From contig JAVWPP010000001.1 in assembly GCA_036635835.1 (NCBI GenBank), forward strand, positions 1,946 to 65,945: a stretch of 64,000 nt of DNA, written 5' to 3'. The DNA comes from Clostridia bacterium (GTDB lineage Bacteria; Bacillota; Clostridia; TANB77; CAG-465). The notes beneath the pieces were generated by a model that was not told the DNA's origin, did not search any database, and saw nothing but the letters and a program-made list of their open reading frames with translations. The position numbers and the translations under genes were made by a program. Of this stretch, positions 38,543 to 48,312 are shown piece by piece; the stretch's first letter is position 1, and the number at the start of each line of letters is the position of its first letter.

Positions 38543-40714
38543 TTATTCCCATTCTGTTCCTTGTGTAAATTTAACCGTTACAATTGATCCTTTGTCTAAT
38601 TCTACGCCTGGATATGGATCTTGAATAATTGCAGTACCAGTGCCTACTATTTTAACATTAAGGCCAGCTGCTGTCATAAGTTTAATTGTTTCTACCATAG
38701 ATTTTCCTCTTACGTCTGGCACTTTAACAACTTGCTTAGCTGCGCTTTCGTCTGTATATACTTGCACTGTAGCACCATCTATAAGTTTAGCACCACTTTT
38801 AGGTATTTGATCTACTATTTTAGCATTTTCATTGCCTTGTATTCCTATATTAAATCCACTTTGAGAAAGAATATTTTTAGCTTCCTCTATGGTTTTATCT
38901 TTTAAATCCGGCACAAAATTTTCTTTTACGTTATTTTCTGCCACTGTATAATCTGGTTTAACATCTAAATATCTTAAAGACTCACTTAAAATATTGCCAA
39001 CTACTGGTCCACATAATAGCCCACCTTGGTGTCCTTGTGGCCCTTTAGGGTTATTTAAATATACGTATACAACAAGTTCTGGATTGTTTACAGGGGCAAC
39101 CCCTACATATCCTGCTGCGTACCAAGTATTAGTTCCTCTTCCTTGCTCAGCAGTTGCAGTTTTTCCACCAACTCTGTATCCGTTAATTTTTGCTCCACCT
39201 GCTGTTCCGTATAGGACAGTACTTTCCATTGCAGAAAGCATATCTTTAGAAACTTCGTCTGAAACAACTTGTTTTATTAAGGTAGGTTCTATTTTTTGAG
39301 AATATGTACCATCTGCGCTTTTTATTTCTTTTACAACATATGGCTTCATATAATTTCCACCATTAACTATGCAAGATATGGCGGAAGTAAGCTGTATTGG
39401 GGTAACTGAAATTGTTTGTCCAAAAGAAGTAGTAGCAACATCAATATCTGTAATCGTTTTTTTATCGTGGACAATACCTTGCGCTTCTCCAGGAAGATCT
39501 ATACCAGTTTTCTTACCTATTCTAAAAGCTTCTAAATAATCGCAAAAAGCATCTTTACTCATAAGCTGCGACATTTGTATAAATACAGGATTACATGAGT
39601 TTTGAATTCCTTCTCTTAAAGATTCTGGTCCATGCGGCCTTGTATGTCTCCAGCATTTTATTTGCCATTTTCCAAATTTAACGGATCCTCTACAATTGAA
39701 TTTACCTGGAGTATCTAGTTCTACTACATTTTCTTCAAGAGCTGCAGAAGCAGTAAGTAGCTTAAAGCAAGATCCTGGCTCGTATGCATCTGAAATACAC
39801 TTATTTCTCCACATTGAATTTAGTTCATTATTTTTTTCTCCTATGCTAAGAGAAGGCCATTTATCTTTTAACTCCGGTGTATTTGGAACTAACGCTTCAT
39901 TTAAATTAAAGTCTGGATATGTAGCCATAGCAACAACTTCACCGGTTGCAGGTCTCATAACTATAGCTGTTCCATTATCTGAAACATTCTCTATAACAGC
40001 CTTCTTAAGTTCTTTTTCTACAATTTGCTGAATTGTTCCATCAATTGTTAAGACTAAATCTTTACCATTTTCCGGACTTATATATTGTTCTTCTTTAAAA
40101 GGTGTTTCGCCACCTTTGGCATCTCTATATCCAATTATTTTACCTGCAACACCTGCTAAAACTGAATCGTACTGTAGTTCTAACCCTGAAAGTCCTTGAT
40201 CATCTGCCCCTGTGCAGCCTAAAACATGAGATGCTAGTGAATTATATGGATAAATTCTTTTTACACTTTCGTCTAAAGATAGCCCATTTATTTGGTTTTT
40301 ATTTATCCAGCTTAATATTTTTTTAGATTCTTCTAAATTTACATTAGAAGCAAGCTTAACAGATCCAACTTTTTTATTTAATTTTTCTAATATTGCATTG
40401 CTATCTTCTTTTAAAAATTCTGCAAGTTCTTTAGCAACTTTTTCTTTGTTTTCAACATCTCCTGGAACAGCTGTAAGAATGTTTACAGAAGTACTTTGGG
40501 CTAGTTTTTTATCTCCGGTGCTATCGTAAATAGTACCTCTTTCTGGGGTAATTAATCTGCCTTTTGTTTGCTGTTTATGCGCTTTTTGCACATAATATTC
40601 GCCCTTTATAACTTGAAGCCAAAAAAGCCTTCCGTACATTAATACGAATGCTATTATAATTAGAACTATATATACAGATATTGCTTTTTTACTCTTTATA
40701 TTCGTTACGGCCAT
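38543..40714 (-). CDS. Class B PBP with two PASTA domains (SpoVD/FtsI)
   Basis: RGTIYD, EPGSCFK, SCN, GKTAT, two VPD..K PASTA repeats; RBS favours ATG at 40714. Confidence 0.9.
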   Translation of the reverse strand: MAVTNIKSKKAISVYIVLIIIAFVLMYGRLFWLQVIKGEYYVQKAHKQQTKGRLITPERGTIYDSTGDKKLAQSTSVNILTAVPGDVENKEKVAKELAEFLKEDSNAILEKLNKKVGSVKLASNVNLEESKKILSWINKNQINGLSLDESVKRIYPYNSLASHVLGCTGADDQGLSGLELQYDSVLAGVAGKIIGYRDAKGGETPFKEEQYISPENGKDLVLTIDGTIQQIVEKELKKAVIENVSDNGTAIVMRPATGEVVAMATYPDFNLNEALVPNTPELKDKWPSLSIGEKNNELNSMWRNKCISDAYEPGSCFKLLTASAALEENVVELDTPGKFNCRGSVKFGKWQIKCWRHTRPHGPESLREGIQNSCNPVFIQMSQLMSKDAFCDYLEAFRIGKKTGIDLPGEAQGIVHDKKTITDIDVATTSFGQTISVTPIQLTSAISCIVNGGNYMKPYVVKEIKSADGTYSQKIEPTLIKQVVSDEVSKDMLSAMESTVLYGTAGGAKINGYRVGGKTATAEQGRGTNTWYAAGYVGVAPVNNPELVVYVYLNNPKGPQGHQGGLLCGPVVGNILSESLRYLDVKPDYTVAENNVKENFVPDLKDKTIEEAKNILSQSGFNIGIQGNENAKIVDQIPKSGAKLIDGATVQVYTDESAAKQVVKVPDVRGKSMVETIKLMTAAGLNVKIVGTGTAIIQDPYPGVELDKGSIVTVKFTQGTEWE

Positions 40715-40768
40715 GTTATCCCCCACTTTAAAAAATACCAAATACAGCTAATTTTCTGCATTTGGTTA

Positions 40769-41221
40769 TTACTTAGTTAATCTTATTTGTATATTTGTAA
40801 AAAACTCATTAATCTTTTTTGTTAATTTGTTTGAATTAACCTTTTCCACATAGTCTTTTTTTCTAGTATCAATATATATTATTTGACTTTTTTCCGGCTT
40901 TTGCATACCAAGCTTTTGCTTTGCGTAATCTTCTACCAAAGCTACATTATATTTAGACTCTACTTCTAAATTAGCTATATTAACATCCGATAATATTTTT
41001 TTATATTCACTTTTTAAAGACTGTAATTCAAGATTTTTAGAATTTATTAAACTATATCTATACGTAATCCCCATTATTATTACAAAAAGAAAAAAAGCCG
41101 CTAAAAACAATCTAATTTGTGTACCTGAAGTTGGTTGATCTGTAATTTTAGCTACTTGCTTCTTTTCGCTCTGCTTGCTTCTTAGAACTGGAATCTCAAC
41201 TTTTTCAGACTTGTTAGCCAT
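40769..41221 (-). CDS. ftsL: FtsL-like cell division protein
   Basis: TM + leucine zipper + A..KLGM.KP; between rsmH and the PBP. Confidence 0.75.
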   Translation of the reverse strand: MANKSEKVEIPVLRSKQSEKKQVAKITDQPTSGTQIRLFLAAFFLFVIIMGITYRYSLINSKNLELQSLKSEYKKILSDVNIANLEVESKYNVALVEDYAKQKLGMQKPEKSQIIYIDTRKKDYVEKVNSNKLTKKINEFFTNIQIRLTK

Positions 41222-41256
41222 TGTTTCTCCCTTCTACTATATGAGCTATATTTTAT

Positions 41257-42192
41257 TTATATTCTTTTAAAAACTCTTAATTTTGCACTTCTTGCTCTAG
41301 GATTTTCTTTAATTTCTTCATCCGACGGTACAATTGCTTTTTTAGTAATTACTTTTCCATATGATTTTACGTTGCAAATACATACAGGAAAATCTGATGG
41401 ACAAGTACATTTACCTTGCATTTCATTAAATGTATGCTTAACAATTTTATCTTCTAATGAATGGAAAGTTATAATAGCTATTCTACCATCTGGATTTAAA
41501 GATAATATATCATCTATAATAGTTTGCTTTAAAGCACCTATTTCGTTATTTACTTCAATTCTAATAGCTTGAAAAGTTCTTTTTGCCGGATGTTGCTTTT
41601 CATTTAAAGCCCTAGCTGGCATTGCAGATTTAATAATCTTAACAAGTTCAAGCGTAGTTTCAATTTCCTTAATATTTGATCTATAATCGCATATTTTTTT
41701 TGCAATTTGTCTAGAATACTTCTCATCACCAAAATCATAAATTACATTGGCTAATTTTGCTTCTGGATATTTATTAACTATATCTCTTGCAGTTAATTTG
41801 TCTTCTCTATCCATTCTCATATCTAAAGGAGCATCTTTCATATAGCTAAAGCCTCTTTCAGCTTCATCTAACTGAAAAGATGATACACCTAAATCCATAA
41901 GTACACCATCTACACCATTTATATTTAAGTTTTTTAATATACTTATTATTTCAGAATAGTTACTGTGTACTGGTATAAAGTTTGTATACTGTTTTAATCT
42001 TTCAGTTGCAACAGTTAATGCATCATTGTCTCTATCTATACCTATTAATTTACCGTTTTTATTTAACTTTGATATTATTTTTAATGAATGTCCTGCTCCA
42101 CCAAGTGTTCCGTCTACATATATGCCACTAGGCTTTATATCTAGCCCTTCCATACATTCATCTAACATTATTGATACGTGTTTAAATTCCAT
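41257..42192 (-). CDS. rsmH: 16S rRNA m4C1402 methyltransferase
   Basis: VDGTLGGAGHS, DLGVSS.QLD..ERGFSY, FQAIRIEVN, NPRARSAKLR. Confidence 0.98.
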   Translation of the reverse strand: MEFKHVSIMLDECMEGLDIKPSGIYVDGTLGGAGHSLKIISKLNKNGKLIGIDRDNDALTVATERLKQYTNFIPVHSNYSEIISILKNLNINGVDGVLMDLGVSSFQLDEAERGFSYMKDAPLDMRMDREDKLTARDIVNKYPEAKLANVIYDFGDEKYSRQIAKKICDYRSNIKEIETTLELVKIIKSAMPARALNEKQHPAKRTFQAIRIEVNNEIGALKQTIIDDILSLNPDGRIAIITFHSLEDKIVKHTFNEMQGKCTCPSDFPVCICNVKSYGKVITKKAIVPSDEEIKENPRARSAKLRVFKRI

Positions 42193-42219
42193 TTTTTTCT
42201 CCCTACTTTAAAAATATTT

Positions 42220-42296
42220 TATCTTTTGTACATTACATCTTTTATCTTTTGAAAATTAAGGAACCTATCTTTTGTATATCATGTATTTATCTTTTG
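42220..42296. repeat. Four phased direct repeats TATCTTTTG (period 23/23/22 nt)
   Basis: Copies start at 42220, 42243, 42266 and 42288, upstream of rsmH. Confidence 0.85.
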
Positions 42297-42504
42297 AATT
42301 ATAGTGAATACTAGATTCACTATGATTTTATTTTAGTATATACACGCTTTAAAAGCAAGATTATATACATTAAATTTATATTACATTTTTGTTACGTTTA
42401 TTTCACAAAGATTATTTTTATTCCTTTTATTTCCTTAAAATGTACAAAAAACAATAGAAAAAGTGATGCAATGCACCACTTATCTAATTAATATTTTCTG
42501 ATTT

Positions 42505-43524
42505 CTACTTATACGCAGCAATATAACCATATGGGTTAACCGCTCTACCATTTAATCTAATTTCAAAATGTAGATGGTTACCTGTTGAGTTACCTGTGCT
42601 TCCTTGTAGTCCAATAGATTGACCTTGATCAACATACTGACCTACGCTTACAAGAAGTTTACAGTTATGCGCATACCAAGATTGAATACCGTTACCATGA
42701 TCTAATTTAACTAGATATCCATAACCTGAACTATCCCATCCAGCAAATACTACTTTACCTGATTTGAATGCTTTATTTGGATCGCCTCTTCTACCTGCAA
42801 TATCCATACCTGTATGTCCATAATATCCACCAAATCCACAAGATACATATCTTGATGATGTTGGCCAAATACCATAAGCATTGTTTGATTTTGCAGTAGC
42901 TGTTATATTAGAAGTTCCTCTGTTTACAGAATTCGTTTTTCTATTTACAACTGCTGGCTTTGGTGGTTCTGCAACCACTACTGGTTTAGTTTTTGCAACT
43001 ACATCTTTAACGATTGCATTTGCTACTTCAACAGAAGTTAATTCATCAATTTCTTCTACTTTTTCTTCTTTAATAGCTGTTGCAACGTTAGTTGCACTAC
43101 TTTTTAATTTTTCAGAATAATTAGTGGCATCATCTTTACTGTTGAATGTCATTTTCTTTTCTTCATTTACTAATACAGCGTAAACTGTATGTTCTGTTTT
43201 TAGTTGTGCTCTTAGATTTGTATATAAATTTTCTTCATCTAATAAAGTTTCCTTTACATATGTTTTTTCAAACAATGGATTAGTTTCTAAATATACTTTT
43301 ACATTTTCATCTATTTGAGCTTTTTCATTTACTAGTACATTATACTTCTCATCAAATTGTTGTTGGTTTAAAAAATACCCCACAAATTGACCGTTAATTG
43401 TAACTTTATAAGTTGGTTTATACGTATTTAATATTGTTAACGTTACTGCTGCTAATATTAAAACTAAAGATACTACAGAAAGAACAAAAAATCTAATCTT
43501 TCTGAGCGAACTCTTTATTTCCAT
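42505..43524 (-). CDS. Membrane-anchored M23 peptidase, paralog 1
   Basis: HTGMD, YAHN, GNSTGNHLHFE. Confidence 0.9.
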   Translation of the reverse strand: MEIKSSLRKIRFFVLSVVSLVLILAAVTLTILNTYKPTYKVTINGQFVGYFLNQQQFDEKYNVLVNEKAQIDENVKVYLETNPLFEKTYVKETLLDEENLYTNLRAQLKTEHTVYAVLVNEEKKMTFNSKDDATNYSEKLKSSATNVATAIKEEKVEEIDELTSVEVANAIVKDVVAKTKPVVVAEPPKPAVVNRKTNSVNRGTSNITATAKSNNAYGIWPTSSRYVSCGFGGYYGHTGMDIAGRRGDPNKAFKSGKVVFAGWDSSGYGYLVKLDHGNGIQSWYAHNCKLLVSVGQYVDQGQSIGLQGSTGNSTGNHLHFEIRLNGRAVNPYGYIAAYK

Positions 43525-43562
43525 AACTAATTTACACCTTCCTTTAACTGTGTCACAAAACT

Positions 43563-43591
43563 ATTATACCATACCGGTAACCTTTTGTCAA
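43563..43591 (-). promoter_or_regulatory. Consensus sigma-A promoter
   Basis: TTGACA-17 nt-TATAAT with extended TG. Confidence 0.85.
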
Positions 43592-43593
43592 GT

Positions 43594-44601
43594 TTACATG
43601 TAACTAAGTGGATTAACTGCTCTACCATTTATTCTAATTTCAAAATGCAAATGATCTCCTGAAGAGTTACCAGTGTTGCCTTGAAGTGCAATTGTCTGAC
43701 CACCTTCAACCTCTTGACCAACACTAACTAGCAATTTACTATTATGCGCATAGAGCGTTTGAAAACCATTACCATGATCTATTTTTACCATATATCCATA
43801 TGCTCCGCTATATCCAGCAAAGACAATTTTACCAGATTTATATGCGAAATTAGGATCTCCTGTTTTTCCATCTATATCTATGGCTTTATGCCCGCGATAT
43901 CCACCGTAATAACAAGAGATTTTTCTACTTGTTGTAGGCCAAACTCCGCCTGCTATATTTTCAATATACACCTTATTATTTTGTATCTCTTTTGAAGGCT
44001 TTGGATATGAAACTACTGGCTTTGGCTTTGGTTTAGGCTTTGGTTTTTCTATTACAACGGGTTTATATCTGCTGACAATTTCTTTATATATCGCATTTGC
44101 CTTTTCCGTATTTAGAACAGTATCTGCCTTATCTTTTATTTTTTCTGGTTCAATTTTCATATTTAAAGTGTTAACTTGTTTTTTTATTTCATTAGCATAT
44201 TTTTCTGCATCTTCATAATCTTCGAAAGTAAACTTTTTTTCTTCGTTTACTTTTAAATTATATACTTCGTATTCTACTTTTATTTGGGATTTTAATATTT
44301 CATAGCTATTATCGCTATCTATTTTATCATATTTTACGTATTGAAGTTCAAATTCAGGTTCTATATCTAAATACGTAAAGTTTGCGCTTCCTGTTTCCTG
44401 CATATTTTTTGTAAGCACATAAAACATTTCATCAAAATCTTGCTTTGTTCTAAAATACCCGATATCCTCTTTTCCTATGGTAACTTTATACACTGGCCTG
44501 TATATGTTTAGTATGGTTAATATTACTGATATTGATACCATTGTTATAAGAATTAATGAGAAAAATATTAAACTAATTCTACTATAATATTTCTTAGTCA
44601 T
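43594..44601 (-). CDS. Membrane-anchored M23 peptidase, paralog 2
   Basis: HKAID, YAHN, HLHFE; PK-repeat linker; colinear with 42505..43524. Confidence 0.9.
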   Translation of the reverse strand: MTKKYYSRISLIFFSLILITMVSISVILTILNIYRPVYKVTIGKEDIGYFRTKQDFDEMFYVLTKNMQETGSANFTYLDIEPEFELQYVKYDKIDSDNSYEILKSQIKVEYEVYNLKVNEEKKFTFEDYEDAEKYANEIKKQVNTLNMKIEPEKIKDKADTVLNTEKANAIYKEIVSRYKPVVIEKPKPKPKPKPVVSYPKPSKEIQNNKVYIENIAGGVWPTTSRKISCYYGGYRGHKAIDIDGKTGDPNFAYKSGKIVFAGYSGAYGYMVKIDHGNGFQTLYAHNSKLLVSVGQEVEGGQTIALQGNTGNSSGDHLHFEIRINGRAVNPLSYM

Positions 44602-44656
44602 ATATCTTTCACCTGCTATAAATAGATTTTATCATATTTAAACGAAATTTGTCAAC

Positions 44657-46918
44657 TTATTGTATGATTTTTAATCCGGCAAACTTTGCCATCATTCTCT
44701 TCATTCCAAATCCCTCAAATTCTATTTCTATTTTAGAATCTCCGCCTTCTTTTTCTACTTTTTTTATCTTACCTATTCCAAATTTTTTATGCTCAACTGT
44801 TACGCCTGGAACAAGTTCTGCTAAATTTATATCTTTTTCTACACCTTTTTGCGTCATATTCTTTAAAAAAGAGGCAGCGCTTATACCAAATCCAGTGTCT
44901 CTTGTTTCAATTGATGGAGTAGATGCCATTTTATTAAACGCATCCTTTACTTTATTATATGTATCTACTTTAGATTTATCTACATCTCCCTCTATATATT
45001 CGATAGGTATTTCACCTAAAAACCTAGATGGCATTGTATATGATGTACTTCCGTAAATTGTCCTTTGGTTTGCAGAAGTTAAATATAGTTTTTGCATAGC
45101 TCTTGTTATTCCAACATAGCAAAGTCTTCTTTCTTCTTCTAATTGCTCATGCTCGCCGATTGATCTACTGCTTGGAAATAACCCCTCTTCCATGCCAACT
45201 AAAAATATAACGGGATATTCTAGTCCTTTTGCACTATGAAGTGTCATTAAAGTTACGCTATCTTGGGTTTCATCTAACTTATCTACATCTGAAACTAGTG
45301 CAACAGTTTCTAAAAACTCAGCAAGTCCATTTTCCGCTTCTTCTTTTTCAAACTCACTTATAACACCTAAAAGCTCGCATATATTTTCAATTCTATTTTC
45401 ATTTTCTTTTGTTTTTTCTTTTTTAAGTTCATCTAAATACCCTGTTTTATCTAGTATTTCACTTACCATTTCTGAAATTTTCATTTTATTTTTATTGCTT
45501 ATAATATTTTGAAGAATATCTCTAAAGTTTCTTAAACTATTTGCAGCTCTAAAAAGTGAAAGGTTTTCATCATCTTTTATAAGCTCAAAAATGCTACATT
45601 CTTTTGCATCTGCTAAATTTTCTAATTTGTCTATAGAAGTTGCACCAATTCCCCTTTTCGGTTCATTTATAACTCTTTTTAAAGATACATTATCTTTTTG
45701 ATTGTTTATAATCTTTAAATACGCCATAATATCTTTTATTTCTTTTCTTCCATAGAACTTTAAGCCTCCAATTAATTTATATGGAATACCTTCTCTTATA
45801 AGGTTTTCCTCAAATATACGAGACTGTACATTGGTCCTATATAAAATAGCAAAATCCGAATATTTTCTTTCGCATTTTTTTACAGATTCGATTATATTTC
45901 TAATAACATATCTGCTTTCATCATACTCATTCGCTGCACTATATAAAAAGATTTTATCTCCTTCGTTATTTTGAGTCCATAAGTTTTTTTCAAGTCTTGA
46001 TTCGTTATTTTTAATAACTGCATTTGCTGCGTTTAAAATATTTTTTGTACTTCTATAATTTTCTTCTAATTTAACTATTTTTGCATTTGTAAATTGTTTT
46101 TCAAAATTCAATATATTCTTTATATCTGCGCCTCTCCAGCCATAAATACTTTGAGATTCATCTCCAACAACGCAAACATTTCCTTTAGATGATAAAAGAC
46201 TAATAAGCATAAACTGAGCTTTATTTGTATCTTGATATTCATCAACTAGCACGTATTTAAACTTATTTCTATAATACGCAAGTCTTTCTGGAAATTCTTC
46301 AAATAGTTTAATTGTATGATTAATAATATCGTCAAAATCTAGTGCATCATTTCTTTGTAACTCTATTTGATATTTTTCATATATTTCCGCCATTTTCTTT
46401 TTTCTAAAATCCGACTTATTTATTGCATAATATTTATCTGGTCCTATCATTTCATTTTTTGCTGCACTTATCTCATAGCCAACGCTTTTAGCAGAATATG
46501 ATTTATCGTCTAGATCTAAATCTTTAATTATTTTTTTTAGTAATTTTCCCTTATCATCTTCATCAAAAATATTGAAATTTCTACTATATCCAATATATTC
46601 GATTTCTCTTTTTAATATTCTTATGCATATATTATGAAAAGTACCAAGCCATAAGTCTGAAGCGCTTGTGTCTAATATTTTTCTAGTTCTTTCTTTCATT
46701 TCTTTAGCTGCTTTATTAGTAAATGTAATAGCTAAAATTTCATAAGGCTTAATTACGCCAGACAGCACTAAATATGCTATTTTAAATGTAAGTACACGCG
46801 TTTTTCCACTACCTGCACCCGCAAGAACAAGTAATGGTCCATCTAAATATTCTACTGCTTCCCTTTGCCTATCGTTTAATGTTTTTAATAGTTCTTCCAT
46901 TTCTACACCTCCATACAA
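44657..46918 (-). CDS. pcrA: PcrA/UvrD DNA helicase
   Basis: AGAGSGKT, TFTNKAA, VDEYQDTN, QSIYGWRGA, HSAKGLE, EERRLCYVGITRA. Confidence 0.97.
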   Translation of the reverse strand: MYGGVEMEELLKTLNDRQREAVEYLDGPLLVLAGAGSGKTRVLTFKIAYLVLSGVIKPYEILAITFTNKAAKEMKERTRKILDTSASDLWLGTFHNICIRILKREIEYIGYSRNFNIFDEDDKGKLLKKIIKDLDLDDKSYSAKSVGYEISAAKNEMIGPDKYYAINKSDFRKKKMAEIYEKYQIELQRNDALDFDDIINHTIKLFEEFPERLAYYRNKFKYVLVDEYQDTNKAQFMLISLLSSKGNVCVVGDESQSIYGWRGADIKNILNFEKQFTNAKIVKLEENYRSTKNILNAANAVIKNNESRLEKNLWTQNNEGDKIFLYSAANEYDESRYVIRNIIESVKKCERKYSDFAILYRTNVQSRIFEENLIREGIPYKLIGGLKFYGRKEIKDIMAYLKIINNQKDNVSLKRVINEPKRGIGATSIDKLENLADAKECSIFELIKDDENLSLFRAANSLRNFRDILQNIISNKNKMKISEMVSEILDKTGYLDELKKEKTKENENRIENICELLGVISEFEKEEAENGLAEFLETVALVSDVDKLDETQDSVTLMTLHSAKGLEYPVIFLVGMEEGLFPSSRSIGEHEQLEEERRLCYVGITRAMQKLYLTSANQRTIYGSTSYTMPSRFLGEIPIEYIEGDVDKSKVDTYNKVKDAFNKMASTPSIETRDTGFGISAASFLKNMTQKGVEKDINLAELVPGVTVEHKKFGIGKIKKVEKEGGDSKIEIEFEGFGMKRMMAKFAGLKIIQ

Positions 46919-47607
46919 CTTCCGTAATCTGTAACTTCTAAATCTTTAAAATCTACTAATTCCAAATTATATTTTTTAATATGCTCTTTTATCTTTTCTG
47001 CACTTTTTAGTTTGTTTATGTCGCCGAAAAGAATAAATTTATTGTCTAATACATAAGTTGCTCCCCCTATAAATCCATTCATTAAAGATTGGCTTGAATC
47101 TTTTTTTAATAGCCTTATGGTTTCTTCGTTTATATATAAGACATCTATATTGTTTTTTCTTAATATTTTAGCTATACCTATGTCTGATGTTATGCAAGAA
47201 TTGTCTGAAGTTGCAACTATACTGCATCTTGAATAGCCTTGTTTTACAGGTATTTGCTCATATTCTTTTTGTTTTATAATTTTTTTCACTACATAATCTG
47301 TGTTTTTAAAAGTATGAATTGCTCTTTTTCCAATGCATGCGACATTATATTTAATATCATTAGGATATTCTTTAGACACCACGCTATTGCCTAGATGCAC
47401 GTTTTTAACATGCTCTGGTATATAATCTATTGTATCTGCTCCTGAAATTATACTGTCTCCTATTTTACAGAAAAATATATCTACATGGCTTGAAACTTCT
47501 TCGTAAATATTTTTTTGAGTCTGTAATTCTACTAAGTTAAATCCATTTTCTAAGAAATACTCTTTTTCTACGTTTCTCATTCTTTTATCTATAATTAAAG
47601 TACGCAT
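46903..47607 (-). CDS. Conserved clostridial protein (DUF6873-like, putative amidinotransferase fold)
   Basis: H.D, YP.DI.YN, VKQGYSRCS, ITSD.GI, GFIGGA, D.GS; family assignment from memory. Confidence 0.65.
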   Translation of the reverse strand: MRTLIIDKRMRNVEKEYFLENGFNLVELQTQKNIYEEVSSHVDIFFCKIGDSIISGADTIDYIPEHVKNVHLGNSVVSKEYPNDIKYNVACIGKRAIHTFKNTDYVVKKIIKQKEYEQIPVKQGYSRCSIVATSDNSCITSDIGIAKILRKNNIDVLYINEETIRLLKKDSSQSLMNGFIGGATYVLDNKFILFGDINKLKSAEKIKEHIKKYNLELVDFKDLEVTDYGSCMEV

Positions 47608-47773
47608 TTCACACCTCTTTTTACTCTACTTAGTATAATACACATAAGTTCGTATGTCAATGAAAAACGTGAAGTTATTTCGGGTTTATATTGATATTTA
47701 TGTCACTTGATGTTATACTATATATGAGAATTTTTTTAAAAATATATTAATTAAATATATTGGAGGTAATACT

Positions 47774-48283
47774 ATGGAATTTGTCATTTTAGTAGATAAA
47801 ACAGATACCAAAATTGCACTTTACGAAAAGATGTTAGCGCATGAAAAAGGCCTACTTCATAGGGCGTTTTCAGTTTTTATTTTTAATGATAAAAATGAGC
47901 TTCTATTACAGCAGCGCGCATTTTCTAAATATCATTCTCCCGGATTATGGACAAACAGTTGTTGTAGCCACCCAAGGGATGGCGAAGATATTATTACCGC
48001 AGGAAAAAGAAGATTAATTGAAGAAATGGGATTTGAAACAAATATACAAGAGATTTTCACCGAAAAATATTATTTGCAGTTAGAAGATAACATGATAGAA
48101 AATGAATATGACCATATTTTGATAGGAAAATACAGTGGCAGAATCAATATAAATTCCGAGGAAGTAAACGATTTTTGCTGGATATCTATAGATAATATTC
48201 TTAAAGATATCTCTCAAAATCCAAATATTTATACAAAATGGTTTAAACTAATACTTCCGGAGCTTATTAAATTTTATAAATAG
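47774..48283 (+). CDS. idi: Type 1 isopentenyl-diphosphate delta-isomerase
   Basis: AHEKGLLHRAFSVFIFN, LLQQRA..KYHSPGLWTNSCCSHP, ENEYDH, YTKWF. Confidence 0.95.
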   Translation: MEFVILVDKTDTKIALYEKMLAHEKGLLHRAFSVFIFNDKNELLLQQRAFSKYHSPGLWTNSCCSHPRDGEDIITAGKRRLIEEMGFETNIQEIFTEKYYLQLEDNMIENEYDHILIGKYSGRININSEEVNDFCWISIDNILKDISQNPNIYTKWFKLILPELIKFYK

Positions 48284-48312
48284 AAAAAAGAGTACACTTG
48301 TACTCTTTTTTT
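48284..48312. terminator. Bidirectional terminator between idi and ypeB
   Basis: AAAAAGAGTACA-ct-TGTACTCTTTTT. Confidence 0.8.

Noticed and set aside
42220..42296. CRISPR array or iteron origin
   Set aside because: Repeats are 9 nt with spacers of 13-14 nt; no cas or rep gene nearby. No CRISPR array was seen anywhere in the window.
44018..44046. Short tandem repeat in M23 paralog 2
   Set aside because: Encodes an ordinary PKPKPKPKP linker with mixed codons.
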